Counted from the stretch's first letter, positions 46,618 through 56,346 are shown. The stretch is 64,000 nucleotides of DNA from an uncultured Candidatus Saccharibacteria bacterium (GCA_964505155.1 CAZDGL010000004.1:4110-68109); one strand, 5' to 3'. Notes: generated by a model not told the origin, from the sequence alone. Made by a program: numbers and translations.

Positions 46618-48462
46618 ATGAAATATTTACTAGTTCCATTACTGATAATTAGCTTGATAAAAGTTGATTTTTCAGTCATCCCCGCGTGGGAGCCATGGAG
46701 TATGCAACGGGTAGAATACGATCCGCAGAAAAACGTATTTGTTGATTACAACAAGGTATGGGATAACTGGATGTTTTCCTTAAATCTTGAAGAACGGAAG
46801 AAGCTCATGGAGCCGACCGAAATCCCTGCTAAGAAAAAGACGAAGTTCTGCTTCAGGCAGGATTTATTTACCGATGACAAACGTTATCTCACTGCCAGTG
46901 CATTTGCTACTGGATTTGCAAAGAAAGATCAACGTCGTCGCTTTGTGCTGATTAACGTTGAGGAAACAATTCTCGACAAAACAAAAGAAGGTGACCGTCA
47001 GTATCGTGCATGGCCACATCTTGGAATTCTTTTTGTCGGTACTGCCGCACATGAAGAAGAATGGGATGTAGTACTCTGGGACGAATTAGTACAGGGTCAT
47101 GTTGACCTTGAAAAACTTGTTCAACCTGGAGACGTTGTTGGCTTCAGTTTGGTTGTTACAGGTATTGAGCGTGGTGTAGGGCTGGCTCGCAAAGCAAAAA
47201 CACTTGGAGCTCAATATGTAATTACTGGGAACGATTCTGCGATTTTTCGTGTGAATCAACTTCTCGCATTACCTGGTAAACCAATTGATGCTGTATTTAC
47301 AACAAACAGTGTTATGGCGGTTCGGTCATTCTTTCGGCAAATTAGTAATGTGCCTATCGAATCAATTCGTATTCCTGGATTCGAAACAAACGCAGGAGTA
47401 TATCAACGTTCAAATGAACGAGACTGGCTGATAGCTGAAATGTCAGAACGTAAGAAAGGATTTGATGCAGATGATGTGTTTATCGTGCCAAAGCTCGATC
47501 TGTATCCGCAATCCTATTGGGATGAGGTATGGGGTAATTATCGCAATCAATTTGGGCATAAACATCCAAATCCTGAGACGGTAAAGAACGCATTGGCACT
47601 ATTTGCTCAAGGGTGCACACGTACCCAGGGACATGATGTTTGTAGCTACTGCACCATTGCAGGAGTCGCAGATATCCGTATCCCGTCCCGTGAGTACATC
47701 GTAAAAACCGCCGAGTTGTACAAAAACTTCGGCATTGACATGGTGTTTAATGTAACCGATTCGGTGTTTGAAATGACACCAGTGGTGCATGCATTGCGGG
47801 AAGAGAACATTCACTTCAATGCAATGACCATTTACGGTCGTGCTCAAGGCCTTACAAAAATGCCCCAACAAATTGAAAAATGGTTGTCTGTTGTAAAAGA
47901 CAGATTACTCATTAATGTTGGAATGGATTCGGGAGATGACAATTCGCTTAAACAAGGGGTTGTGAAGTCTTCTATCACACAAGGTTCACGAGTTAGTGAA
48001 AACAGAACTGCCGTTGAGAATATTAAGAAAACGGGAGCACACCTTCATTACTCGCTAATCTTCGGTTCACCTGGAGAATCCAAAGAATCATGTGACAGGA
48101 GCATTGAGTTCCTGGAGTGGACGATTCAAACGTTAGGTAGTCAGCTTGATATCTGCGAAACGGACATCTTCTGGTTGAACTTTGGCTCACCAGCAGGAAG
48201 AATATTTCATGATTATCCGCACGCAGTGTACCTCTCAAGTTTAGCTGGGAAGTTCATTACCCCTGAAGAGTGGAAGAAACATTTTGTCGCTTTCAAAGAC
48301 AACCTATTTGTTCCATTGGAAGTTGAACAATCCTGGTATCAGTATTTTACAAATATAGATCTTGATACTGCTCAGGAGTACAACAAGAAGTGTACTGAAC
48401 TTATGGCAAAGCACACAGGCAGTATCCGTGGTAGAGCATTCAAGCCTTCTTTAGATAGTTAG
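46618..48462 (+). CDS. B12-binding-domain radical SAM protein with non-canonical Cx8CxxC spacing, function unknown
   Basis: Cobalamin-binding-like segment HLGILFVGTAAHEEEWDVVLWDEL...VVGFSLVVTG. Cys cluster CTRTQGHDVCSYC. Radical-SAM barrel motifs VGMDSGDDNSLKQ and LIFGSPGESKES. Preceded by a canonical AAGGAGG ribosome-binding site. Confidence 0.55.
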   Translation: MKYLLVPLLIISLIKVDFSVIPAWEPWSMQRVEYDPQKNVFVDYNKVWDNWMFSLNLEERKKLMEPTEIPAKKKTKFCFRQDLFTDDKRYLTASAFATGFAKKDQRRRFVLINVEETILDKTKEGDRQYRAWPHLGILFVGTAAHEEEWDVVLWDELVQGHVDLEKLVQPGDVVGFSLVVTGIERGVGLARKAKTLGAQYVITGNDSAIFRVNQLLALPGKPIDAVFTTNSVMAVRSFFRQISNVPIESIRIPGFETNAGVYQRSNERDWLIAEMSERKKGFDADDVFIVPKLDLYPQSYWDEVWGNYRNQFGHKHPNPETVKNALALFAQGCTRTQGHDVCSYCTIAGVADIRIPSREYIVKTAELYKNFGIDMVFNVTDSVFEMTPVVHALREENIHFNAMTIYGRAQGLTKMPQQIEKWLSVVKDRLLINVGMDSGDDNSLKQGVVKSSITQGSRVSENRTAVENIKKTGAHLHYSLIFGSPGESKESCDRSIEFLEWTIQTLGSQLDICETDIFWLNFGSPAGRIFHDYPHAVYLSSLAGKFITPEEWKKHFVAFKDNLFVPLEVEQSWYQYFTNIDLDTAQEYNKKCTELMAKHTGSIRGRAFKPSLDS

Positions 48463-48476
48463 TACATTGTGTATTT

Positions 48477-48508
48477 TAAAAGCCCTTCAATTGAAGGGCT
48501 TTTTATTG
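48477..48508 (+). terminator. rho-independent terminator
   Basis: Perfect palindrome agcccttcaa / ttgaagggct followed by a T-run. Confidence 0.8.
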
Positions 48509-48537
48509 TAATAATAAACAATGCTATAATTTGGTAT

Positions 48538-48990
48538 ATGACACTTCAAACCCAAATACGAGAAAAGCTAAAGGTAGCAATGAAAGAAAAGGACCAAGTT
48601 GGTCTTGATACTTTGCGTGCAGTTTTGGCAGGATGTACCAACGAGCTAGTGGCTTCTGGAAAGACTCCACAAGACGATCTAGATGATGCCGGTGTTATCA
48701 AGGTCATCACTCGACTTATCAAGCAACGCAAAGATTCTATGGAGCAGTTTACTACAGCAGGGCGTGCTGATTTGGTAGCAGGAGAGCAGGCTCAGCTTTG
48801 GGTACTAGAGCAGTTTATGCCTGAGCAGATGAGTGAAGAAAAAGTGCGAGCTATAACAGTAGCCAAGCAAACAGAGCTCGGACACACTGACAAAAGCAAG
48901 ATGGGTATTCTCATCGGAGCTGTGATGAAAGAGGTGGGCTCACAAGCAGATGGCGCACTGGTCAAAAAGGTTGTTGAATCTTTATTCTAA
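48538..48990 (+). CDS. GatB/YqeY-domain protein
   Basis: LKVAMKEKDQVGLDTLRAVLAG...TAGRADLVAGEQAQLWVLEQFMPEQMSEE. Confidence 0.7.
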   Translation: MTLQTQIREKLKVAMKEKDQVGLDTLRAVLAGCTNELVASGKTPQDDLDDAGVIKVITRLIKQRKDSMEQFTTAGRADLVAGEQAQLWVLEQFMPEQMSEEKVRAITVAKQTELGHTDKSKMGILIGAVMKEVGSQADGALVKKVVESLF

Positions 48991-49005
48991 ATATATAATT
49001 TAAAA

Positions 49006-49347
49006 ATGATATTACTCAGGTGGTTTATAACAGTTCTCGCAATATTTGCTTTGCCATATTTTGTGGCAGGCATAGGAGTCAATAGTATCTTGACTGCTAT
49101 CGTGGTCGCAGCTTGTTTGGTATTTCTAAACATGGTTATCAAGCCATTTGTTACTATGCTGACCTTACCACTAAATATCCTGACTCTGGGACTATTTTCT
49201 CTTGTCATCAACGGCGCATTCTTTTGGTTTGTGGGACAAATCATCCAAGGTTTTTCAGTAAGCTCTTTTCAAGCAGCTATTATCGGCGCTTTTGTCATCT
49301 CGGTCATCAACTGGATTATTGGTAAGTTTGTAAAGCATGATGAGTAA
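49006..49347 (+). CDS. PF04020-like (phage-holin-4-like / YvlD) membrane protein
   Basis: Four TM helices. VIKPFVTMLTLPLNILTLGLFSLVINGAFFWFV. Confidence 0.55.
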   Translation: MILLRWFITVLAIFALPYFVAGIGVNSILTAIVVAACLVFLNMVIKPFVTMLTLPLNILTLGLFSLVINGAFFWFVGQIIQGFSVSSFQAAIIGAFVISVINWIIGKFVKHDE

Positions 49348-50239
49348 AGTTTATACAATAGTTACTCATGACAACCTTTTTCACTTAGATGATCTTTTTG
49401 CCTGTACAATAATTCAAATCTATTTAGATAGTATCAATCAAGAATATAAAATTATCAGAACTAGAGAAAAGGAAATTATTGCAAGTGGTGATTACGTTGT
49501 TGATGTGGGTGATATATATGATAATTCAACAAAAAGATTTGATCATCACCAAAAAGGAGGGGCAGGTATTCGATCAAACAACATCCCTTATGCTTCTGCT
49601 GGTTTGGTTTGGAAAGAGTATGGTGAAATAATTTCTGGATCAAAAATAGTTTCTAATATTTTAGATGAAAAACTGTTTCAAGTTCTAGACGCTGATGATA
49701 ATGGCATTGAGTATTATAAAAATATTTTAACTGATTTAGATACTGTTACTATTCATAAGTTTTTTTATACTTTTCGCCCTACATGGAAAGAGGATCCAGA
49801 AAACTTTAATTTTGTTTTTGAAGATTTGTTGCCATTTGTTAAAAAGTATATTTTAAGAAAAATTAAGGTAGAGCAAGATAAACTCGAAGCTTTAGAAAAA
49901 GTAGAAGAAGCTTACAACAATTCAAAAGATAAAAGAGTTGTTTTCATGGACAAGCCATACCCAGGAGATGAGTTTCTTATGTCAAAAAAAGAAGTTCTTT
50001 ACAAAATAAGTCCAAATGCAAATGGAACAGCCTGGGGAGTTAAGACAATAAAAGATTCAGATGAGTCTTTTGAAAACAGGAAAGATCTACCAAAAGAGTG
50101 GGCAGGTCTTCGTGATGAAGAGATTCAAAGAGTTACAGGAGTTAAGGATGCAATTTTTTGTCACAATGCATTATTTTTAGCAACAGCGAAATCCAAAGAA
50201 GGCGCTTTGGAATTGGCGAGAATTGCTGTAGAGTATTAG
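49337..50239 (+). CDS. MYG1/UPF0160-family metal-dependent hydrolase
   Basis: THDNLFHLDDLFA...DVGDIYD...FDHHQ. Confidence 0.75.
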   Translation: MMSKVYTIVTHDNLFHLDDLFACTIIQIYLDSINQEYKIIRTREKEIIASGDYVVDVGDIYDNSTKRFDHHQKGGAGIRSNNIPYASAGLVWKEYGEIISGSKIVSNILDEKLFQVLDADDNGIEYYKNILTDLDTVTIHKFFYTFRPTWKEDPENFNFVFEDLLPFVKKYILRKIKVEQDKLEALEKVEEAYNNSKDKRVVFMDKPYPGDEFLMSKKEVLYKISPNANGTAWGVKTIKDSDESFENRKDLPKEWAGLRDEEIQRVTGVKDAIFCHNALFLATAKSKEGALELARIAVEY

Positions 50240-50243
50240 AACT

Positions 50244-51227
50244 ATGGCATTTCTTGATGAAATCACAATACATGCAAAGGCGGGCAAGGGAGGCAACGGA
50301 GTTGTCTCTTGGCGTCGTGAGAAATTTATCGCCAAGGGTGGACCAAATGGGGGAGATGGAGGTCAGGGTGGCGATGTCTTTATAAAGGCTATACGAAGTT
50401 TGCGAGTACTTGATCAATACAGAAGCAAAAAGGAGTTTTTGGCTCCAAATGGTGTACATGGTGGATCCCGCTCTTTCAAAGGTGCTAACGGTGAAGATCT
50501 TTATATAGAGTTTCCAATAGGATCAAAGATTACAAAAGTCGCAACTGGAGAAGTTTTTGAACTTTCTCATGAAGGTCAAGAAATCAGAATACTTCGTGGT
50601 GGAGCAGGGGGGCATGGCAATGAGCATTTCAAAAGTTCTACAAATCAGGCGCCAAAAGAAGCTACTCCCGGCAAAGACGGTGAAGAGTCTGATTTGCATA
50701 TAGAAGTCTCTTTGATTGCTGACGTCGGACTAGTCGGTTTTCCAAATGCAGGAAAAAGTAGTTTGTTGAACGCTCTCACAAATGCCACAGCCAAAGTCGG
50801 AGAATATCCTTTTACCACCATTGACCCAAACCTTGGAGATTTGTACGGATATATCATCGCTGACATCCCAGGACTTATCGAAGGTGCTAGTAGTGGCAAG
50901 GGGCTTGGATTTACTTTTCTTCGCCATATCACCAAGACCAAGATAATTCTTCATCTTGTTTCTTTGGAGCAATCAGACTGTATGAAAGCCTATGAGACTA
51001 TTCGAGGGGAGCTGGAGAAGTTTGGACAAGGCCTAACAGAAAAAGAAGAAGTCATACTCTTGACCAAGACAGATGTCACAACTCCAGATGTGGTAGAAAA
51101 AACAAAAAAAGAGTTTGAATCCTTAAATAAAAAAGTTTTTGCTGTTACTCTTTTTGATGACGAAAATGTCAAAGCCTTTCAAGATGAATTTGTCCACTAT
51201 CTCAAAACAAAAACTTCCTCTGTTTAG
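50244..51227 (+). CDS. obg: GTPase Obg
   Basis: Obg fold with a Gly-rich N-domain (GKGGNGVVSWRREKF...GGDGGQGGDV). G-domain motifs GFPNAGKSSLL and DIPGLIEGA. Confidence 0.9.
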   Translation: MAFLDEITIHAKAGKGGNGVVSWRREKFIAKGGPNGGDGGQGGDVFIKAIRSLRVLDQYRSKKEFLAPNGVHGGSRSFKGANGEDLYIEFPIGSKITKVATGEVFELSHEGQEIRILRGGAGGHGNEHFKSSTNQAPKEATPGKDGEESDLHIEVSLIADVGLVGFPNAGKSSLLNALTNATAKVGEYPFTTIDPNLGDLYGYIIADIPGLIEGASSGKGLGFTFLRHITKTKIILHLVSLEQSDCMKAYETIRGELEKFGQGLTEKEEVILLTKTDVTTPDVVEKTKKEFESLNKKVFAVTLFDDENVKAFQDEFVHYLKTKTSSV

Positions 51228-51569
51228 GAGGAAGGCTTGAGGACAGTCTTTGGGTAGTTGTTTTATTTCTGACCACTTTTTTGTTTTGAGGACAAAGATT
51301 AAGATCTTTGTTTTATCAAAACTTTGCAAAATAATGTCTTCTGTTGTTTTACAAATAACATTGAAACGAATACTGCTTTGAGGAAGCGCAACGATAAAGC
51401 GCTCCTCGCTGGTCCGGACTCGTAGTGAGTCGTTGCCGTTTTTTGAGTATTTTATGGAAGCCCCAATGTTTTTGCTGGAACCTCCACTGAAATGATATTT
51501 ATCTGTAGAACCAAACTTTATATTGCAAGAGACCAGAGCCAGAAAAAGTACAATAGGTAAGATTTTCAT
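51123..51569 (-). CDS. putative lipoprotein; 3' extent uncertain
   Basis: MKILPIVLFLALVSC has a lipobox. The ORF's 3' third overlaps the obg 3' end and a terminator-like hairpin at about 51289-51312, so the true stop may lie earlier. Confidence 0.35.
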   Translation of the reverse strand: MKILPIVLFLALVSCNIKFGSTDKYHFSGGSSKNIGASIKYSKNGNDSLRVRTSEERFIVALPQSSIRFNVICKTTEDIILQSFDKTKILIFVLKTKKWSEIKQLPKDCPQAFLLNRGSFCFEIVDKFILKGFDIFVIKKSNSKNFFI

Positions 51570-51607
51570 TTGGTAAGCATTTTTATAAGTCTACACGTTA
51601 TCTACAA

Positions 51608-51642
51608 AAAGAAAAGCCCCGCGATTGCGGGGCAGTTTTTTG
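51608..51642. terminator. bidirectional terminator
   Basis: gccccgc-gattg-gcggggc with T-runs on both strands. Confidence 0.7.
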
Positions 51643-51643
51643 G

Positions 51644-51898
51644 TTAAGCACTTGGTTCCAAGTTTTCATAGTGTTGTCTGTAGAATCCTTCGTGTGGATT
51701 CTGTTCATTTTCATTTAAAATACTACTGGTGCCGTTGAGGTGGGTAAGATCTCCAGAAGGGATAGTTTTTAACCTTTTTACTGGTTTTCGATCAGCGACC
51801 CTTTGATTTCTGGATTTTTGGCACATAGTTATTAATTGCTTACATAGTGACCCAAATCTTCTCAGTGGATCTACTTGGTTTTGATTTTCTCCAGACAT
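51644..51898 (-). CDS. hypothetical small protein
   Basis: ORF trimmed to the Met at 51898. No motif recognised. Confidence 0.3.
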   Translation of the reverse strand: MSGENQNQVDPLRRFGSLCKQLITMCQKSRNQRVADRKPVKRLKTIPSGDLTHLNGTSSILNENEQNPHEGFYRQHYENLEPSA

Positions 51899-51993
51899 AA
51901 CAACTAGATTTTGAGGGTTAAAGAAAGTTCTATTGCAGTATACAACTATTGTATTTATTGTCAAAGAGTTAGCCTTTGAGGTATACTCCACAA

Positions 51994-53409
51994 ATGGAAA
52001 AAACCTACTACATTACTATCGGGCTTGAAATACACGCCGAACTCTCTACAGAGAGTAAGATGTTTTGTGCTTGCAAAAACGATCCAAATGAAGAGCGACA
52101 AAATACAAATATTTGTCCTATCTGTATGGGGCATCCTGGAACTTTGCCAGTACCCAACAAAAAGGCGATAGAGAGTGTCATCAAAGTAGGTCTGGCACTT
52201 GGATCAAATATTGCAGGCTTCACTGAGTTTGATAGAAAAAACTATTTTTACCCCGACATTCCAAAGGGTTACCAGATTTCTCAATACAAATATCCTATAG
52301 TTACAGGAGGAGAGCTAAATGGCAAGGCTATTACTCGTATTCATCTGGAAGAAGACACAGGTCTTTCAAAACACGACAGAGGAGATTTCACTCTTGTAGA
52401 TTTCAATCGTGCTGGAGTGCCACTGATGGAGTTAGTAACAGAACCTGTCATTCACAGCGCCAAAGAAGCTGGAGACTTTGCTCGTGAACTTCAGTTGCTT
52501 TTGCGGACTCTGGGAGTATCAGAAGCTAACATGGAAAAAGGTGAGATGCGTGTCGAACCCAACATTTCTCTCTCTCCAAACCCTGATAAATTTGGAACAA
52601 AAGTAGAGGTCAAAAACTTAAACTCTTTTAAAGCAGTGGAAAAAGCTATCGAATACGAACTTGCTCGTATGCAGGCCCTATATGAAGCTGGAAGGGAAGA
52701 TGAAATAGTCCAAGAGACACGTGGTTGGGATGAAAACAAACAGACTACATTTTCACAACGCTCCAAAGAAAATGCCAACGACTACCGATATTTTCCAGAC
52801 CCTGACATTCCAAAGTTTATGCTCAGCGAGCTCTTTGATATGGATGCACTCAAGCTCTCTCTGCCAGAGCTTCCTTGGCAAAAGCGAGATAGATACAAAA
52901 AAGACTTTGGTCTTGGCGAAGAGTCCGAGACTTTTGTGATAGATACTGAGCTTGCAAAGTATTTTGAAACTGTTGCTCGAAATTTACAAAATACTGACCA
53001 GATAAAAACAGCTTCAAACTATATACTCTCTGATATGCTCGGAAATTTGAAAAAGGATAGTAGTTTGCAAATGCCTTCACCGGAGAATTTTGTAAATCTT
53101 GTTCTTATGATTTCTGGCAGTGAAATAACTTCTCGCGGAGCCAAGGATATACTCTTAGCGATGATGAAGGTAGATCAAGACCCAAAAGCTTTAGCTGAAA
53201 AAGAAGGGTTACTACAACAAAATGATGAAGAGTCTCTCAGAACAATGGTTCAGAAAATAATTTCTGAAAATGAAAATTTGGTTGCTCAGTTCAAATCTGG
53301 TAAGGAATCCATACTCCAAGCGCTCGTTGGTCTCATGATGAAAGAAACCAAAGGTAGTGCCAATCCACAAATAGCCATGAAGCTTTTGAAAGAAGAGCTT
53401 TCCAGATAG
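51994..53409 (+). CDS. gatB: aspartyl/glutamyl-tRNA amidotransferase subunit B
   Basis: YYITIGLEIHAEL...CPICMGHPGTLP plus the GatB/YqeY C-domain. The start was trimmed to MEKTYY. Confidence 0.9.
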   Translation: MEKTYYITIGLEIHAELSTESKMFCACKNDPNEERQNTNICPICMGHPGTLPVPNKKAIESVIKVGLALGSNIAGFTEFDRKNYFYPDIPKGYQISQYKYPIVTGGELNGKAITRIHLEEDTGLSKHDRGDFTLVDFNRAGVPLMELVTEPVIHSAKEAGDFARELQLLLRTLGVSEANMEKGEMRVEPNISLSPNPDKFGTKVEVKNLNSFKAVEKAIEYELARMQALYEAGREDEIVQETRGWDENKQTTFSQRSKENANDYRYFPDPDIPKFMLSELFDMDALKLSLPELPWQKRDRYKKDFGLGEESETFVIDTELAKYFETVARNLQNTDQIKTASNYILSDMLGNLKKDSSLQMPSPENFVNLVLMISGSEITSRGAKDILLAMMKVDQDPKALAEKEGLLQQNDEESLRTMVQKIISENENLVAQFKSGKESILQALVGLMMKETKGSANPQIAMKLLKEELSR

Positions 53410-53423
53410 CGTATACTATAGAT

Positions 53424-53846
53424 ATGGAAACAAATAAAAATAATTCAAAGTTAGTAATTGTTGGAGTAGTTGCTTTAGTTTTGGGCTATCTTGTTTATCC
53501 TCAAATAAACAAGCAAAAGGTACCTATTGGTATGCACCAAATGCCAGATGGCTCTATGATGATGGATGTAAACAACCAAATGCACACCAGCATGACTATG
53601 GACTCGATGATGGAGGCTATGACTGCAAGTCTTAAAGATAAAACAGGGCAAGAGTTTGACAGTGCTTTTCTAGAAGAAATGATCCCTCACCACCAGGGAG
53701 CTATCGAGATGGCTCAGATGGTACTCAAAACTTCCAAAAAGCCTGAACTTATCAAGCTTGCCAACGATATTATCTCAGCTCAACAAAAAGAGATAAACAT
53801 GATGAGAGACTGGCAGAGGCAGTGGTTTGGTATACAACCAGAATAA
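53424..53846 (+). CDS. DUF305-family protein
   Basis: FDSAFLEEMIPHHQGAIEMAQ. Confidence 0.7.
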   Translation: METNKNNSKLVIVGVVALVLGYLVYPQINKQKVPIGMHQMPDGSMMMDVNNQMHTSMTMDSMMEAMTASLKDKTGQEFDSAFLEEMIPHHQGAIEMAQMVLKTSKKPELIKLANDIISAQQKEINMMRDWQRQWFGIQPE

Positions 53847-53860
53847 AGACACAAAATAAC

Positions 53861-53890
53861 AAAAATCCATATCATATGGATTTTTGTTTT
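53861..53890 (+). terminator. rho-independent terminator
   Basis: atccata-tca-tatggat followed by ttttgtttt. Confidence 0.7.
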
Positions 53891-53922
53891 GCCTGCCTGC
53901 GCAGACAGGGTATAATATATCA

Positions 53923-54945
53923 ATGAGTAAAATAAAAGTAGCAATAAATGGTTTTGGTCGTATAGGAAGAGCATTTCTAAAGGTAGCTTGGGAGCGACCT
54001 GAGATAGAGGTAGTGGCAGTGAATGATCTCGGTTCTATCGAGTCTCTCGCGTACTTACTACGTCATGATACTGTTTATAGAGCGTGGGGCAAAGATGTAA
54101 AGATAGACGGAGCAAACTTGGTAATAGATGCAAAGACAATTAAGTTTATTTCTGAGAAAGATACTACCAAGCTTCCATGGGGAGACCTTGGCGTAGATGT
54201 AGTTGTGGAGTCTACTGGACTTTTTACTTCTTTTGAAAAAGCTAAGTTTCATCTCGACTGTGGTGCAAAGAAGGTTGTGATCTCAGCACCAAGTAAGGGC
54301 GACGGGTCTTTCCCTGGAGAAACTATCCTTCTCGGAGTAAATGAAGAAAAGTTTGGCACATGCGACATCACATCGAACGCTTCATGTACTACCAATGCTT
54401 CTAGTCCTCTCATTGCTATCTTAGATGAAGTGCTCGGTATTGAAAAGGCTATTTTAAACACTGTTCATGGGTACACTGCTTCGCAAGCGCTCGTAGACGG
54501 TCCAAGCAAAAAGGATTTGAGAGAGGGAAGAGCGGCCGCACAAAACATAGTACCAAGCTCGACCGGTGCAGCTATCGCCGTCACCAAAGCATTTCCAGCT
54601 CTCGAAGGTCTCTTTGATGGCATCTCTATCCGCGTGCCAGTACCAGCAGGATCGATAGTAGACATTACGTTTATTGCCAAGCGAGATACAACTAGAGAGG
54701 AGGTAAATGAAATACTTATAAAGGCATCCAAAGATTCACGCTGGGCAAATATCTTTGCTGTTACTGATGAACCTCTTGTTTCAAGTGATATCCTTGGCAA
54801 CAGTCATGCTTCTATTGCTGACCTTGAAATGACTCGAGTAGTCGGTGGCAACTTGGTAAAAGTCCTTGGTTGGTACGACAATGAAATGGGGTATACCTAC
54901 ACACTTGTGGACCATGTTATTAAGACAGGGAAGACAATAAAATAA
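53923..54945 (+). CDS. gap: glyceraldehyde-3-phosphate dehydrogenase
   Basis: KVAINGFGRIGR, an active-site SxASCTTN region, and a C-terminal WYDNEMGY. The ATG at 53923 lies 7 nt after a TATAAT, so the mRNA is probably leaderless. Confidence 0.9.
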   Translation: MSKIKVAINGFGRIGRAFLKVAWERPEIEVVAVNDLGSIESLAYLLRHDTVYRAWGKDVKIDGANLVIDAKTIKFISEKDTTKLPWGDLGVDVVVESTGLFTSFEKAKFHLDCGAKKVVISAPSKGDGSFPGETILLGVNEEKFGTCDITSNASCTTNASSPLIAILDEVLGIEKAILNTVHGYTASQALVDGPSKKDLREGRAAAQNIVPSSTGAAIAVTKAFPALEGLFDGISIRVPVPAGSIVDITFIAKRDTTREEVNEILIKASKDSRWANIFAVTDEPLVSSDILGNSHASIADLEMTRVVGGNLVKVLGWYDNEMGYTYTLVDHVIKTGKTIK

Positions 54946-54951
54946 GAAAAC

Positions 54952-55269
54952 ATGATTACTTACTTTCAAATTTTAAAGGCGATAATTACTGCATTAATCT
55001 TCCCAGCTTTATTGATTTTTGGTTTGGCGGTTGTTTCTAAACCGATGAGCTCTATTAATACAAGAAATAAAGTTGTGTTGCACTTATATCTTAATTTAGC
55101 TCTATGCATAATAGGATTTTCAGGCATTATTTTAATACTTTTTAATCCATCTATTGCTATTTTTTCTTTTGGGCTAGCTCCTTTGTTCGCTATAATCTTT
55201 GTATTGGTTTCTTTGTCTAAGTTTAGGAAGCTAATAAATTATATACTTGATAAAAAAGATTTATTATGA
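54952..55269 (+). CDS. hypothetical membrane protein
   Basis: Three TM helices. Confidence 0.4.
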   Translation: MITYFQILKAIITALIFPALLIFGLAVVSKPMSSINTRNKVVLHLYLNLALCIIGFSGIILILFNPSIAIFSFGLAPLFAIIFVLVSLSKFRKLINYILDKKDLL

Positions 55270-55700
55270 AAATTCATTTAGCTACAGATCATGCAGGGTT
55301 TGAACACAAAGAAGTTTTGAAGTCTCATCTTTTAGAAAAAGGGTACGAGGTTGTTGATCATGGACCAGACAAGCTCGATGAGAACGACGATTATCCAGAC
55401 TTTATCACTCCGTGTGCGCAGGCTATAGCCTCTTTGCCAAGCGACAAGGCTATTATCTTTGGTGGGTCAGGAGAAGGGGAGGCTATGTGCGCCAACCGTA
55501 TCAAAGGAGTGAGAGCTGTGGTCTACTACGGTGGCAACACTGACATAATCACCTTTTCTCGTGATCACAATGATGCCAACATCCTTTCTATCGGAGCACG
55601 TTTTATGACTGAAGAAGAAGTCACACCTATTGTACAAATGTGGCTCGACACACCGTTTTCTGGTAACGAAAGACATGTTAGAAGATTAGCGAAGTTTTAA
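55266..55700 (+). CDS. rpiB: ribose-5-phosphate isomerase B
   Basis: MKIHLATDHAGFEHK, the RpiB/LacAB fold. Confidence 0.85.
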   Translation: MKIHLATDHAGFEHKEVLKSHLLEKGYEVVDHGPDKLDENDDYPDFITPCAQAIASLPSDKAIIFGGSGEGEAMCANRIKGVRAVVYYGGNTDIITFSRDHNDANILSIGARFMTEEEVTPIVQMWLDTPFSGNERHVRRLAKF

Positions 55701-55701
55701 A

Positions 55702-56346
55702 ATGATATCTATTACTTTCGATGATGGCTGGAAAAATCAATTCACAAGAGCTTTGCCTGTACTTGAAAAGTATGATTTGAAAGGTACTTTTTATATTATT
55801 TCTAGGATGCCAAACTACATGCTTCATGAAGGTGAGGGTAGAATGTCTCAAGAAGAAATACTTGATCTGCAAAACAGGGGGCACGAGATAGGTGCTCATT
55901 CTCAAACACATCCACACCTGCAGATATCTATGCCATGGAAAGTTCGTAAAGAAGTTAGGGGCTCAAAGAAAGATTTGGAAAATAGAGGATTAAAAATAGA
56001 AACATTTTGCTATCCTTATGGTAGAAGAAACTGGTTTGTTGATAGGGTAGTAGCGAGTTCAGGATTTGCGGGAGCTAGACTGGCGGATGGAAAGTACAAT
56101 ACAAAGGCAACTGATAGATTTCATTTGGAAGCTAAATGCCTAAGAGATTTTACAACATTTGAAGAAGCAAAAATGTGGATAGACAATACTTACAATAAAT
56201 GGCTGATTTTAGTATTTCACCAGATTGAGCCAAATCCAGGAGGTTGGGGTACGGAACCTGTTTTGTTTGAAAAGATTTGTGCTTATATAAAAGAGAAAAA
56301 TTTAGAAGTTGTAACAGTTAGAGAAGGTTTAAAAAAGATATTATGA
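55702..56346 (+). CDS. polysaccharide deacetylase (NodB/CE4 domain)
   Basis: ISITFDDGWKNQ...HSQTHPHL. Confidence 0.75.
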   Translation: MISITFDDGWKNQFTRALPVLEKYDLKGTFYIISRMPNYMLHEGEGRMSQEEILDLQNRGHEIGAHSQTHPHLQISMPWKVRKEVRGSKKDLENRGLKIETFCYPYGRRNWFVDRVVASSGFAGARLADGKYNTKATDRFHLEAKCLRDFTTFEEAKMWIDNTYNKWLILVFHQIEPNPGGWGTEPVLFEKICAYIKEKNLEVVTVREGLKKIL

